Positions 1-12,900 of a stretch of 64,000 bases of DNA are shown here, in pieces (within the stretch, counting starts at the first letter, position 1; the number at the start of each line of letters is the position of its first letter). Location of the stretch: NCBI RefSeq assembly GCF_009914755.1, contig NC_060931.1, one strand, 5' to 3'. The DNA is from the human T2T-CHM13v2.0 reference genome, Homo sapiens. The position numbers and the translations under genes were made by a program. Under the pieces are notes generated by a model, which saw only the letters and a list, made by a program, of their open reading frames with translations, was not told the DNA's origin and did not search any database.

Positions 1-127
1 TCATTCTCAGAAACTACTTTGTGATGTGTGCCTTCAACTCACAGAGTTCAACCTTTCTTTTCTTAGAGCAGTTTAGAAACACTCTGCTTGTTATGTCTGC
101 AAGTGGATATTTGGACCTCTTTGAGGC

Positions 128-144
128 CTTCGTTGCAAACGGGG
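128..144 (+). promoter_or_regulatory. CENP-B box, variant form CTTCGTTGCAAACGGGG in monomer m1 (repeats every 1022 bp)
   Basis: Differs from canonical CTTCGTTGGAAACGGGA at two positions but keeps the 9 core bases NTTCGNNNNANNCGGGN. Confidence 0.88.
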
Positions 145-469
145 TTTCTTCCTTTCATGCTAGACTAAGAAGAGTTCTCAGTAACTTTTTTGTGTTGTGT
201 GTATTCAACTCACAGAGTTGAACCTTGCTTTAGAGAGAGCAGATTTGAAACACTCTTGCTGTGGCATTTTCAGGTGGAGATTTCAAGCGATTTGAGGACA
301 ATTGCAGAAAAGGAAATATCTTCGTATAATAACCAGACAGAATCATTCTCAGAAAGTGCTTTGTGACGTGTGCGTTCAACTCACAGAGTTTAACCTTTCT
401 TTTCATAGAGGAGTTTGGAAACACACTGTTTGTAAAGTCTGCAAGTGGATATATGGACCTGTTTGAGGC

Positions 470-486
470 CTTCGTTGGAAACGGGA
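470..486 (+). promoter_or_regulatory. CENP-B box, canonical, in monomer m3 (repeats every 1022 bp)
   Basis: Exact CTTCGTTGGAAACGGGA. Confidence 0.97.
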
Positions 487-511
487 TTTCTTCATTGAAT
501 GCTAGACGGAA

Positions 512-857
512 GAATTCTCAGTAAATTCTTTGTGTTGTGTGCATTCAACTCACAGAGTGGAACGTCCCTTTAGACAGAGCAGATTTGAAACACTCTTTTT
601 GCGGAATTTGCAAGTGGAGATTTCTAGCCATTTGATGCCAACAGTAGAAAGGGAAATATCTTCAAATAAAAACCAGACAGAATCATTCTCAGAAAATTCT
701 TTGTGATGTGTGCGTTCAACTCACATAGTTTAACCTTTCTTTTCATAGAGCAGTTTGGAAACACTCTGTTTGTAAAGTCTGCAAGTGGATATATGGACCG
801 CATTGAGGCCTTCGTTGGAAACGGGATTTCTTCATTTCATGCTAGACAGAAGAATTC
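512..857. other. Two EcoRI sites per HOR (GAATTC at 512 and 852), giving 340 + 682 bp fragments
   Basis: GAATTC lies at the starts of m4 and m6. The equivalent site in m2 is GAGTTC (172). Confidence 0.95.
810..826 (+). promoter_or_regulatory. CENP-B box, canonical, in monomer m5 (repeats every 1022 bp)
   Basis: Exact CTTCGTTGGAAACGGGA. Confidence 0.97.
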
Positions 858-978
858 TCAGTAACTTCTTTGTGCTGTGTGTATTCAACTCACAGAGTGG
901 AACGTCCCTTTGCACAGAGCAGATTTGAAACACTCTTTTTGTGGAATTTGCAAGTGGAGATTTCAAGCGATTTGATGC

Positions 979-995
979 CAACAGTAGAAAAGGAA
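979..995 (+). other. Degenerate pJalpha-type (A-box) site at the CENP-B-box-equivalent position of box-less monomer m6 (equivalents in m2 and m4)
   Basis: CAACAGTAGAAAAGGAA in m6, CAACAGTAGAAAGGGAA in m4 and CAATTGCAGAAAAGGAA in m2 occupy the position of the CENP-B box. They resemble the A-type GGTGRAAAAGGAA motif with mismatches. Confidence 0.6.
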
Positions 996-3900
996 ATATC
1001 TTCAAATAAAAACTAGACAGAATCATTCTCAGAAACTACTTTGTGATGTGTGCCTTCAACTCACAGAGTTTAACCTTTCTTTTCTTAGAGCAGTTTAGAA
1101 ACACTCTGCTTGTTATGTCTGCAAGTGGATATTTGGACCTCTTTGAGGCCTTCGTTGCAAACGGGGTTTCTTCCTTTCATGCTAGACTAAGAAGAGTTCT
1201 CAGTAACTTTTTTGTGTTGTGTGTATTCAACTCACAGAGTTGAACCTTGCTTTAGAGAGAGCAGATTTGAAACACTCTTGCTGTGGCATTTTCAGGTGGA
1301 GATTTCAAGCGATTTGAGGACAATTGCAGAAAAGGAAATATCTTCGTATAATAACCAGACAGAATCATTCTCAGAAAGTGCTTTGTGATGTGTGCGTTCA
1401 ACTCACAGAGTTTAACCTTTCTTTTCATAGAGGAGTTTGGAAACACACTGTTTGTAAAGTCTGCAAGTGGAAATATGGACCTGTTTGAGGCCTTCGTTGG
1501 AAACGGGATTTCTTCATTGAATGCTAGACGGAAGAATTCTCAGTAAATTCTTTGTGTTGTGTGCATTCAACTCACAGAGTGGAACGTCTCTTTAGACAGA
1601 GCAGATTTGAAACACTCTTTTTGCGGAATTTGCAAGTGGAGATTTCTAGCCATTTGATGCCAACAGTAGAAAGGGAAATATCTTCAAATAAAAACCAGAC
1701 AGAATCATTCTCAGAAAATTCTTTGTGATGTGTGCGTTCAACTCACATAGTTTAACCTTTCTTTTCATAGAGCAGTTTGGAAACACTCTGTTTGTAAAGT
1801 CTGCAAGTGGATATATGGACCGCATTGAGGCCTTCGTTGGAAACGGGATTTCTTCATTTCATGCTAGACAGAAGAATTCTCAGTAACTTCTTTGTGCTGT
1901 GTGTATTCAACTCACAGAGTGGAACGTCCCTTTACACAGAGCAGATTTGAAACACTCTTTTTGTGGAGTTTGCAAGTGGAGATTTCAAGCGATTTGATGC
2001 CAACAGTAGAAAAGGAAATATCTTCAAATAAAAACTAGACAGAATCATTCTCAGAAACTACTTTGTGATGTGTGCCTTCAACTCACAGAGTTTAACCTTT
2101 CTTTTCTTAGAGCAGTTTAGAAACACTCTGCTTGTTATGTCTGCAAGTGGATATTTGGACCTCTTTGAGGCCTTCGTTGCAAACGGGGTTTCTTCCTTTC
2201 ATGCTAGACTAAGAAGAGTTCTCAGTAACTTTTTTGTGTTGTGTGTATTCAACTCACAGAGTTGAACCCTGCTTTAGAGAGAGCAGATTTGAAACACTCT
2301 TGCTGTGGCATTTTCAGGTGGAGATTTCAAGCGATTTGAGGACAATTGCAGAAAAGGAAATATCTTCGTATAATAACCAGACAGAATCATTCTCAGAAAG
2401 TGCTTTGTGATGTGTGCGTTCAACTCACAGAGTTTAACCTTTCTTTTCATAGAGGAGTTTGGAAACACACTGTTTGTAAAGTCTGCAATTGTATATATGG
2501 ACCTGTTTGAGGCCTTCGTTGGAAACGGGATTTTATCATATAATGCTAGACGGAAGAATTCTCAGTAAATTCTTTGTGTTGTGTGCATTCAACTCACAGA
2601 GTGGAACGTCCCTTTAGACAGAGCAGATTTGAAACACTCTTTTTGCGGAATTTGCAAGTGGAGATTTCTAGCCATTTGATGCCAACAGTAGAAAGGGAAA
2701 TATCTTCAAATAAAAACCAGACAGAATCATTCTCAGAAAATTCTTTGTGATGTGTGCGTTCAACTCACATAGTTTAACCTTTCTTTTCATAGAGCAGTTT
2801 GGAAACACTCTGTTTGTAAAGTCTGCAAGTGGATATATGGACCGCATTGAGGCCTTCGTTGGAAACGGGATTTCTTCATTTCATGCTAGACAGAAGAATT
2901 CTCAGTAACTTCTTTGTGCTGTGTGTATTCAACTCACAGAGTGGAACGTCCCTTTGCACAGAGCAGATTTGAAACACTCTTTTTGTGGAGTTTGCAAGTG
3001 GAGATTTCAAGCGATTTGATGCCAACAGTAGAAAAGGAAATATCTTCAAATAAAAACTAGACAGAATCATTCTCAGAAACTACTTTGTGATGTGTGCCTT
3101 CAACTCACAGAGTTTAACCTTTCTTTTCTTAGAGCAGTTTAGAAACACTCTGCTTGTTATGTCTGCAAGTGGATATTTGGACCTCTTTGAGGCCTTCGTT
3201 GCAAACGGGGTTTCTTCCTTTCATGCTAGACTAAGAAGAGTTCTCAGTAACTTTTTTGTGTTGTGTGTATTCAACTCACAGAGTTGAACCTTGCTTTAGA
3301 GAGAGCAGATTTGAAACACTCTTGCTGTGGCATTTTCAGGTGGAGATTTCAAGCGATTTGAGGACAATTGCAGAAAAGGAAATATCTTCGTATAATAACC
3401 AGACAGAATCATTCTCAGAAAGTGCTTTGTGACGTGTGCGTTCAACTCACAGAGTTTAACCTTTCTTTTCATAGAGGAGTTTGGAAACACACTGTTTGTA
3501 AAGTCTGCAAGTGGATATATGGACCTGTTTGAGGCCTTCGTTGGAAACGGGATTTCTTCATTGAATGCTAGACGGAAGAATTCTCAGTAAATTCTTTGTG
3601 TTGTGTGCATTCAACTCACAGAGTGGAACGTCCCTTTAGACAGAGCAGATTTGAAACACTCTTTTTGCGGAATTTGCAAGTGGAGATTTCTAGCCATTTG
3701 ATGCCAACAGTAGAAAGGGAAATATCTTCAAATAAAAACCAGACAGAATCATTCTCAGAAAATTCTTTGTGATGTGTGCGTTCAACTCACATAGTTTAAC
3801 CTTTCTTTTCATAGAGCAGTTTGGAAACACTCTGTTTGTAAAGTCTGCAAGTGGATATATGGACCGCATTGAGGCCTTCGTTGGAAACGGGATTTCTTCA

Positions 3901-6900
3901 TTTCATGCTAGACAGAAGAATTCTCAGTAACTTCTTTGTGCTGTGTGTATTCAACTCACAGAGTGGAACGTCCCTTTGCACAGAGCAGATTTGAAACACT
4001 CTTTTTGTGGAATTTGCAAGTGGAGATTTCAAGCGATTTGATGCCAACAGTAGAAAAGGAAATATCTTCAAATAAAAACTAGACAGAATCATTCTCAGAA
4101 ACTACTTTGTGATGTGTGCCTTCAACTCACAGAGTTTAACCTTTCTTTTCTTAGAGCAGTTTAGAAACACTCTGCTTGTTATGTCTGCAAGTGGATATTT
4201 GGACCTCTTTGAGGCCTTCGTTGCAAACGGGGTTTCTTCCTTTCATGCTAGACTAAGAAGAGTTCTCAGTAACTTTTTTGTGTTGTGTGTATTCAACTCA
4301 CAGAGTTGAACCTTGCTTTAGAGAGAGCAGATTTGAAACACTCTTGCTGTGGCATTTTCAGGTGGAGATTTCAAGCGATTTGAGGACAATTGCAGAAAAG
4401 GAAATATCTTCGTATAATAACCAGACAGAATCATTCTCAGAAAGTGCTTTGTGATGTGTGCGTTCAACTCACAGAGTTTAACCTTTCTTTTCATAGAGGA
4501 GTTTGGAAACACACTGTTTGTAAAGTCTGCAAGTGGATATATGGACCTGTTTGAGGCCTTCGTTGGAAACGGGATTTCTTCATTGAATGCTAGACGGAAG
4601 AATTCTCAGTAAATTCTTTGTGTTGTGTGCATTCAACTCACAGAGTGGAACGTCTCTTTAGACAGAGCAGATTTGAAACACTCTTTTTGCGGAATTTGCA
4701 AGGGGAGATTTCTAGCCATTTGATGCCAACAGTAGAAAGGGAAATATCTTCAAATAAAAACCAGACAGAATCATTCTCAGAAAATTCTTTGTGATGTGTG
4801 CGTTCAACTCACATAGTTTAACCTTTCTTTTCATAGAGCAGTTTGGAAACACTCTGTTTGTAAAGTCTGCAAGTGGATATATGGACCGCATTGAGGCCTT
4901 CGTTGGAAACGGGATTTCTTCATTTCATGCTAGACAGAAGAATTCTCAGTAACTTCTTTGTGCTGTGTGTATTCAACTCACAGAGTGGAACGTCCCTTTG
5001 CACAGAGCAGATTTGAAACACTCTTTTTGTGGAGTTTGCAAGTGGAGATTTCAAGCGATTTGATGCCAACAGTAGAAAAGGAAATATCTTCAAATAAAAA
5101 CTAGACAGAATCATTCTCAGAAACTACTTTGTGATGTGTGCCTTCAACTCACAGAGTTTAACCTTTCTTTTCTTAGAGCAGTTTAGAAACACTCTGCTTG
5201 TTATGTCTGCAAGTGGATATTTGGACCTCTTTGTGGCCTTCGTTGCAAACGGGGTTTCTTCCTTTCATGCTAGACTAAGAAGAGTTCTCAGTAACTTTTT
5301 TGTGTTGTGTGTATTCAACTCACAGAGTTGAACCCTGCTTTAGAGAGAGCAGATTTGAAACACTCTTGCTGTGGCATTTTCAGGTGGAGATTTCAAGCGA
5401 TTTGAGGACAATTGCAGAAAAGGAAATATCTTCGTATAATAACCAGACAGAATCATTCTCAGAAAGTGCTTTGTGATGTGTGCGTTCAACTCACAGAGTT
5501 TAACCTTTCTTTTCATAGAGGAGTTTGGAAACACACTGTTTGTAAAGTCTGCAAGTGGATATATGGACCTGTTTGAGGCCTTCGTTGGAAACGGGATTTC
5601 TTCATTGAATGCTAGACGGAAGAATTCTCAGTAAATTCTTTGTGTTGTGTGCATTCAACTCACAGAGTGGAACGTCCCTTTAGACAGAGCAGATTTGAAA
5701 CACTCTTTTTGCGGAATTTGCAAGTGGAGATTTCTAGCCATTTGATGCCAACAGTAGAAAGGGAAATATCTTCAAATAAAAACCAGACAGAATCATTCTC
5801 AGAAAATTCTTTGTGATGTGTGCGTTCAACTCACATAGTTTAACCTTTCTTTTCATAGAGCAGTTTGGAAACACTCTGTTTGTAAAGTCTGCAAGTGGAT
5901 ATATGGACCGCATTGAGGCCTTCGTTGGAAACGGGATTTCTTCATTTCATGCTAGACAGAAGAATTCTCAGTAACTTCTTTGTGCTGTGTGTATTCAACT
6001 CACAGAGTGGAACGTCCCTTTGCACAGAGCAGATTTGAAACACTCTTTTTGTGGAGTTTGCAAGTGGAGATTTCAAGCGATTTGATGCCAACAGTAGAAA
6101 AGGAAATATCTTCAAATAAAAACTAGACAGAATCATTCTAAGAAACTACTTTGTGATGTGTGCCTTCAACTCACAGAGTTTAACCTTTCTTTTCTTAGAG
6201 CAGTTTAGAAACACTCTGCTTGTTCCGTCTGCAAGTGGATATTTGGACCTCTTTGAGGCCTTCGTTGCAAACGGGGTTTCTTCCTTTCATGCTAGACTAA
6301 GAAGAGTTCTCAGTAACTTTTTTGTGTTGTGTGTATTCAACTCACAGAGTTGAACCTTGCTTTAGAGAGAGCAGATTTGAAACACTCTTGCTGTGGCATT
6401 TTCAGGTGGAGATTTCAAGCGATTTGAGGACAATTGCAGAAAAGGAAATATCTTCGTATAATAACCAGACAGAATCATTCTCAGAAAGTGCTTTGTGATG
6501 TGTGCGTTCAACTCACAGAGTTTAACCTTTCTTTTCATAGAGGAGTTTGGAAACACACTGTTTGTAAAGTCTGCAAGTGGATATATGGACCTGTTTGAGG
6601 CCTTCGTTGGAAACGGGATTTCTTCATTGAATGCTAGACGGAAGAATTCTCAGTAAATTCTTTGTGTTGTGTGCATTCAACTCACAGAGTGGAACGTCCC
6701 TTTAGACAGAGCAGATTTGAAACACTCTTTTTGCGGAATTTGCAAGTGGAGATTTCTAGCCATTTGATGCCAACAGTAGAAAGGGAAATATCTTCAAATA
6801 AAAACCAGACAGAATCATTCTCAGAAAATTCTTTGTGATGTGTGCGTTCAACTCACATAGTTTAACCTTTCTCTTCATAGAGCAGTTTGGAAACACTCTG

Positions 6901-9900
6901 TTTGTAAAGTCTGCAAGTGGATATATGGACCGCATTGAGGCCTTCGTTGGAAACGGGATTTCTTCATTTCATGCTAGACAGAAGAATTCTCAGTAACTTC
7001 TTTGTGCTGTGTGTATTCAACTCACAGAGTGGAACGTCCCTTTGCACAGAGCAGATTTGAAACACTCTTTTTGTGGAGTTTGCAAGTGGAGATTTCAAGC
7101 GATTTGATGCCAACAGTAGAAAAGGAAATATCTTCAAATAAAAACTAGACAGAATCATTCTCAGAAACTACTTTGTGATGTGTGCCTTCAACTCACAGAG
7201 TTTAACCTTTCTTTTCTTAGAGCAGTTTAGAAACACTCTGCTTGTTCCGTCTGCAAGTGGATATTTGGACCTCTTTGTGGCCTTCGTTGCAAACGGGGTT
7301 TCTTCCTTTCATGCTAGACTAAGAAGAGTTCTCAGTAACTTTTTTGTGTTGTGTGTATTCAACTCACAGAGTTGAACCCTGCTTTAGAGAGAGCAGATTT
7401 GAAACACTCTTGCTGTGGCATTTTCAGGTGGAGATTTCAAGCGATTTGAGGACAATTGCAGAAAAGGAAATATCTTCGTATAATAACCAGACAGAATCAT
7501 TCTCAGAAAGTGCTTTGTGATGTGTGCGTTCAACTCACAGAGTTTAACCTTTCTTTTCATAGAGGAGTTTGGAAACACACTGTTTGTAAAGTCTGCAAGT
7601 GGATATATGGACCTGTTTGAGGCCTTCGTTGGAAACGGGATTTCTTCATTGAATGCTAGACGGAAGAATTCTCAGTAAATTCTTTGTGTTGTGTGCATTC
7701 AACTCACAGAGTGGAACGTCCCTTTAGACAGAGCAGATTTGAAACACTCTTTTTGCGGAATTTGCAAGTGGAGATTTCTAGCCATTTGATGCCAACAGTA
7801 GAAAGGGAAATATCTTCAAATAAAAACCAGACAGAATCATTCTCAGAAAATTCTTTGTGATGTGTGCGTTCAACTCACATAGTTTAACCTTTCTCTTCAT
7901 AGAGCAGTTTGGAAACACTCTGTTTGTAAAGTCTGCAAGTGGATATATGGACCGCATTGAGGCCTTCGTTGGAAACGGGATTTCTTCATTTCATGCTAGA
8001 CAGAAGAATTCTCAGTAACTTCTTTGTGCTGTGTGTATTCAACTCACAGAGTGGAACGTCCCTTTGCACAGAGCAGATTTGAAACACTCTTTTTGTGGAG
8101 TTTGCAAGTGGAGATTTCAAGCGATTTGATGCCAACAGTAGAAAAGGAAATATCTTCAAATAAAAACTAGACAGAATCATTCTCAGAAACTACTTTGTGA
8201 TGTGTGCCTTCAACTCACAGAGTTTAACCTTTCTTTTCTTAGAGCAGTTTAGAAACACTCTGCTTGTTATGTCTGCAAGTGGATATTTGGACCTCTTTGT
8301 GGCCTTCGTTGCAAACGGGGTTTCTTCCTTTCATGCTAGACTAAGAAGAGTTCTCAGTAACTTTTTTGTGTTGTGTGTATTCAACTCACAGAGTTGAACC
8401 CTGCTTTAGAGAGAGCAGATTTGAAACACTCTTGCTGTGGCATTTTCAGGTGGAGATTTCAAGCGATTTGAGGACAATTGCAGAAAAGGAAATATCTTCG
8501 TATAATAACCAGACAGAATCATTCTCAGAAAGTGCTTTGTGATGTGTGCGTTCAACTCACAGAGTTTAACCTTTCTTTTCATAGAGGAGTTTGGAAACAC
8601 ACTGTTTGTAAAGTCTGCAAGTGGATATATGGACCTGTTTGAGGCCTTCGTTGGAAACGGGATTTCTTCATTGAATGCTAGACGGAAGAATTCTCAGTAA
8701 ATTCTTTGTGTTGTGTGCATTCAACTCACAGAGTGGAACGTCCCTTTAGACAGAGCAGATTTGAAACACTCTTTTTGCGGAATTTGCAAGTGGAGATTTC
8801 TAGCCATTTGATGCCAACAGTAGAAAGGGAAATATCTTCAAATAAAAACCAGACAGAATCATTCTCAGAAAATTCTTTGTGATGTGTGCGTTCAACTCAC
8901 ATAGTTTAACCTTTCTTTTCATAGAGCAGTTTGGAAACACTCTGTTTGTAAAGTCTGCAAGTGGATATATGGACCGCATTGAGGCCTTCGTTGGAAACGG
9001 GATTTCTTCATTTCATGCTAGACAGAAGAATTCTCAGTAACTTCTTTGTGCTGTGTGTATTCAACTCACAGAGTGGAACGTCCCTTTGCACAGAGCAGAT
9101 TTGAAACACTCTTTTTGTGGAGTTTGCAAGTGGAGATTTCAAGCGATTTGATGCCAACAGTAGAAAAGGAAATATCTTCAAATAAAAACTAGACAGAATC
9201 ATTCTAAGAAACTACTTTGTGATGTGTGCCTTCAACTCACAGAGTTTAACCTTTCTTTTCTTAGAGCAGTTTAGAAACACTCTGCTTGTTCCGTCTGCAA
9301 GTGGATATTTGGACCTCTTTGAGGCCTTCGTTGCAAACGGGGTTTCTTCCTTTCATGCTAGACTAAGAAGAGTTCTCAGTAACTTTTTTGTGTTGTGTGT
9401 ATTCAACTCACAGAGTTGAACCTTGCTTTAGAGAGAGCAGATTTGAAACACTCTTGCTGTGGCATTTTCAGGTGGAGATTTCAAGCGATTTGAGGACAAT
9501 TGCAGAAAAGGAAATATCTTCGTATAATAACCAGACAGAATCATTCTCAGAAAGTGCTTTGTGATGTGTGCGTTCAACTCACAGAGTTTAACCTTTCTTT
9601 TCATAGAGGAGTTTGGAAACACACTGTTTGTAAAGTCTGCAAGTGGATATATGGACCTGTTTGAGGCCTTCGTTGGAAACGGGATTTCTTCATTGAATGC
9701 TAGACGGAAGAATTCTCAGTAAATTCTTTGTGTTGTGTGCATTCAACTCACAGAGTGGAACGTCCCTTTAGACAGAGCAGATTTGAAACACTCTTTTTGC
9801 GGAATTTGCAAGTGGAGATTTCTAGCCATTTGATGCCAACAGTAGAAAGGGAAATATCTTCAAATAAAAACCAGACAGAATCATTCTCAGAAAATTCTTT

Positions 9901-12900
9901 GTGATGTGTGCGTTCAACTCACATAGTTTAACCTTTCTCTTCATAGAGCAGTTTGGAAACACTCTGTTTGTAAAGTCTGCAAGTGGATATATGGACCGCA
10001 TTGAGGCCTTCGTTGGAAACGGGATTTCTTCATTTCATGCTAGACAGAAGAATTCTCAGTAACTTCTTTGTGCTGTGTGTATTCAACTCACAGAGTGGAA
10101 CGTCCCTTTGCACAGAGCAGATTTGAAACACTCTTTTTGTGGAGTTTGCAAGTGGAGATTTCAAGCGATTTGATGCCAACAGTAGAAAAGGAAATATCTT
10201 CAAATAAAAACTAGACAGAATCATTCTCAGAAACTACTTTGTGATGTGTGCCTTCAACTCACAGAGTTTAACCTTTCTTTTCTTAGAGCAGTTTAGAAAC
10301 ACTCTGCTTGTTATGTCTGCAAGTGGATATTTGGACCTCTTTGAGGCCTTCGTTGCAAACGGGGTTTCTTCCTTTCATGCTAGACTAAGAAGAGTTCTCA
10401 GTAACTTTTTTGTGTTGTGTGTATTCAACTCACAGAGTTGAACCTTGCTTTAGAGAGAGCAGATTTGAAACACTCTTGCTGTGGCATTTTCAGGTGGAGA
10501 TTTCAAGCGATTTGAGGACAATTGCAGAAAAGGAAATATCTTCGTATAATAACCAGACAGAATCATTCTCAGAAAGTGCTTTGTGATGTGTGCGTTCAAC
10601 TCACAGAGTTTAACCTTTCTTTTCATAGAGGAGTTTGGAAACACACTGTTTGTAAAGTCTGCAAGTGGATATATGGACCTGTTTGAGGCCTTCGTTGGAA
10701 ACGGGATTTCTTCATTGAATGCTAGACGGAAGAATTCTCAGTAAATTCTTTGTGTTGTGTGCATTCAACTCACAGAGTGGAACGTCTCTTTAGACAGAGC
10801 AGATTTGAAACACTCTTTTTGCGGAATTTGCAAGTGGAGATTTCTAGCCATTTGATGCCAACAGTAGAAAGGGAAATATCTTCAAATAAAAACCAGACAG
10901 AATCATTCTCAGAAAATTCTTTGTGATGTGTGCGTTCAACTCACATAGTTTAACCTTTCTTTTCATAGAGCAGTTTGGAAACACTCTGTTTGTAAAGTCT
11001 GCAAGTGGATATATGGACCGCATTGAGGCCTTCGTTGGAAACGGGATTTCTTCATTTCATGCTAGACAGAAGAATTCTCAGTAACTTCTTTGTGCTGTGT
11101 GTATTCAACTCACAGAGTGGAACGTCCCTTTGCACAGAGCAGATTTGAAACACTCTTTTTGTGGAGTTTGCAAGTGGAGATTTCAAGCGATTTGATGCCA
11201 ACAGTAGAAAAGGAAATATCTTCAAATAAAAACTAGACAGAATCATTCTCAGAAACTACTTTGTGATGTGTGCCTTCAACTCACAGAGTTTAACCTTTCT
11301 TTTCTTAGAGCAGTTTAGAAACACTCTGCTTGTTATGTCTGCAAGTGGATATTTGGACCTCTTTGTGGCCTTCGTTGCAAACGGGGTTTCTTCCTTTCAT
11401 GCTAGACTAAGAAGAGTTCTCAGTAACTTTTTTGTGTTGTGTGTATTCAACTCACAGAGTTGAACCTTGCTTTAGAGAGAGCAGATTTGAAACACTCTTG
11501 CTGTGGCATTTTCAGGTGGAGATTTCAAGCGATTTGAGGACAATTGCAGAAAAGGAAATATCTTCGTATAATAACCAGACAGAATCATTCTCAGAAAGTG
11601 CTTTGTGATGTGTGCGTTCAACTCACAGAGTTTAACCTTTCTTTTCATAGAGGAGTTTGGAAACACACTGTTTGTAAAGTCTGCAAGTGGATATATGGAC
11701 CTGTTTGAGGCCTTCGTTGGAAACGGGATTTCTTCATTGAATGCTAGACGGAAGAATTCTCAGTAAATTCTTTGTGTTGTGTGCATTCAACTCACAGAGT
11801 GGAACGTCCCTTTAGACAGAGCAGATTTGAAACACTCTTTTTGCGGAATTTGCAAGTGGAGATTTCTAGCCATTTGATGCCAACAGTAGAAAGGGAAATA
11901 TCTTCAAATAAAAACCAGACAGAATCATTCTCAGAAAATTCTTTGTGATGTGTGCGTTCAACTCACATAGTTTAACCTTTCTCTTCATAGAGCAGTTTGG
12001 AAACACTCTGTTTGTATAGTCTGCAAGTGGATATATGGACCGCATTGAGGCCTTCGTTGGAAACGGGATTTCTTCATTTCATGCTAGACAGAAGAATTCT
12101 CAGTAACTTCTTTGTGCTGTGTGTATTCAACTCACAGAGTGGAACGTCCCTTTGCACAGAGCAGATTTGAAACACTCTTTTTGTGGAGTTTGCAAGTGGA
12201 GATTTCAAGCGATTTGATGCCAACAGTAGAAAAGGAAATATCTTCAAATAAAAACTAGACAGAATCATTCTCAGAAACTACTTTGTGATGTGTGCCTTCA
12301 ACTCACAGAGTTTAACCTTTCTTTTCTTAGAGCAGTTTAGAAACACTCTGCTTGTTATGTCTGCAAGTGGATATTTGGACCTCTTTGAGGCCTTCGTTGC
12401 AAACGGGGTTTCTTCCTTTCATGCTAGACTAAGAAGAGTTCTCAGTAACTTTTTTGTGTTGTGTGTATTCAACTCACAGAGTTGAACCTTGCTTTAGAGA
12501 GAGCAGATTTGAAACACTCTTGCTGTGGCATTTTCAGGTGGAGATTTCAAGCGATTTGAGGACAATTGCAGAAAAGGAAATATCTTCGTATAATAACCAG
12601 ACAGAATCATTCTCAGAAAGTGCTTTGTGACGTGTGCGTTCAACTCACAGAGTTTAACCTTTCTTTTCATAGAGGAGTTTGGAAACACACTGTTTGTAAA
12701 GTCTGCAAGTGGATATATGGACCTGTTTGAGGCCTTCTTTGGAAACGGGATTTCTTCATTGAATGCTAGACGGAAGAATTCTCAGTAAATTCTTTGTGTT
12801 GTGTGCATTCAACTCACAGAGTGGAACGTCCCTTTAGACAGAGCAGATTTGAAACACTCTTTTTGCGGAATTTGCAAGTGGAGATTTCTAGCCATTTGAT

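Larger units (their letters stand above)
1..1022 (+). repeat. HOR copy 1 (reference unit): m1 1-171, m2 172-342, m3 343-511, m4 512-682, m5 683-851, m6 852-1022
   Basis: Monomer starts are aligned on (T/G)(C/A)(A/G)TTCTCAG at 1, 172, 343, 512, 683, 852 and 1023. m1/m3/m5 resemble each other and carry CENP-B boxes. m2/m4/m6 resemble each other and lack them. Dimers are 342, 340 and 340 bp. Confidence 0.97.

Noticed and set aside
128-144. m1 box CTTCGTTGCAAACGGGG as a dead CENP-B box
   Set aside because: Both differences from canonical fall outside the 9 core positions, so it is expected to remain bindable.
1-1022. Assignment to the chr1/5/19 SF1 6-mer (D1Z7/D5Z2/D19Z3)
   Set aside because: From memory that HOR has different diagnostic motifs (for example CATTCAGCAG and CTGCACGTGG), which are absent here. 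The 340+682 EcoRI layout fits D7Z1 better. Not verified by search.
4703-12017. Isolated singleton substitutions (for example 4703 T>G and 12017 A>T)
   Set aside because: They cannot be distinguished from sequencing error or ordinary point mutation, and no motif is affected.
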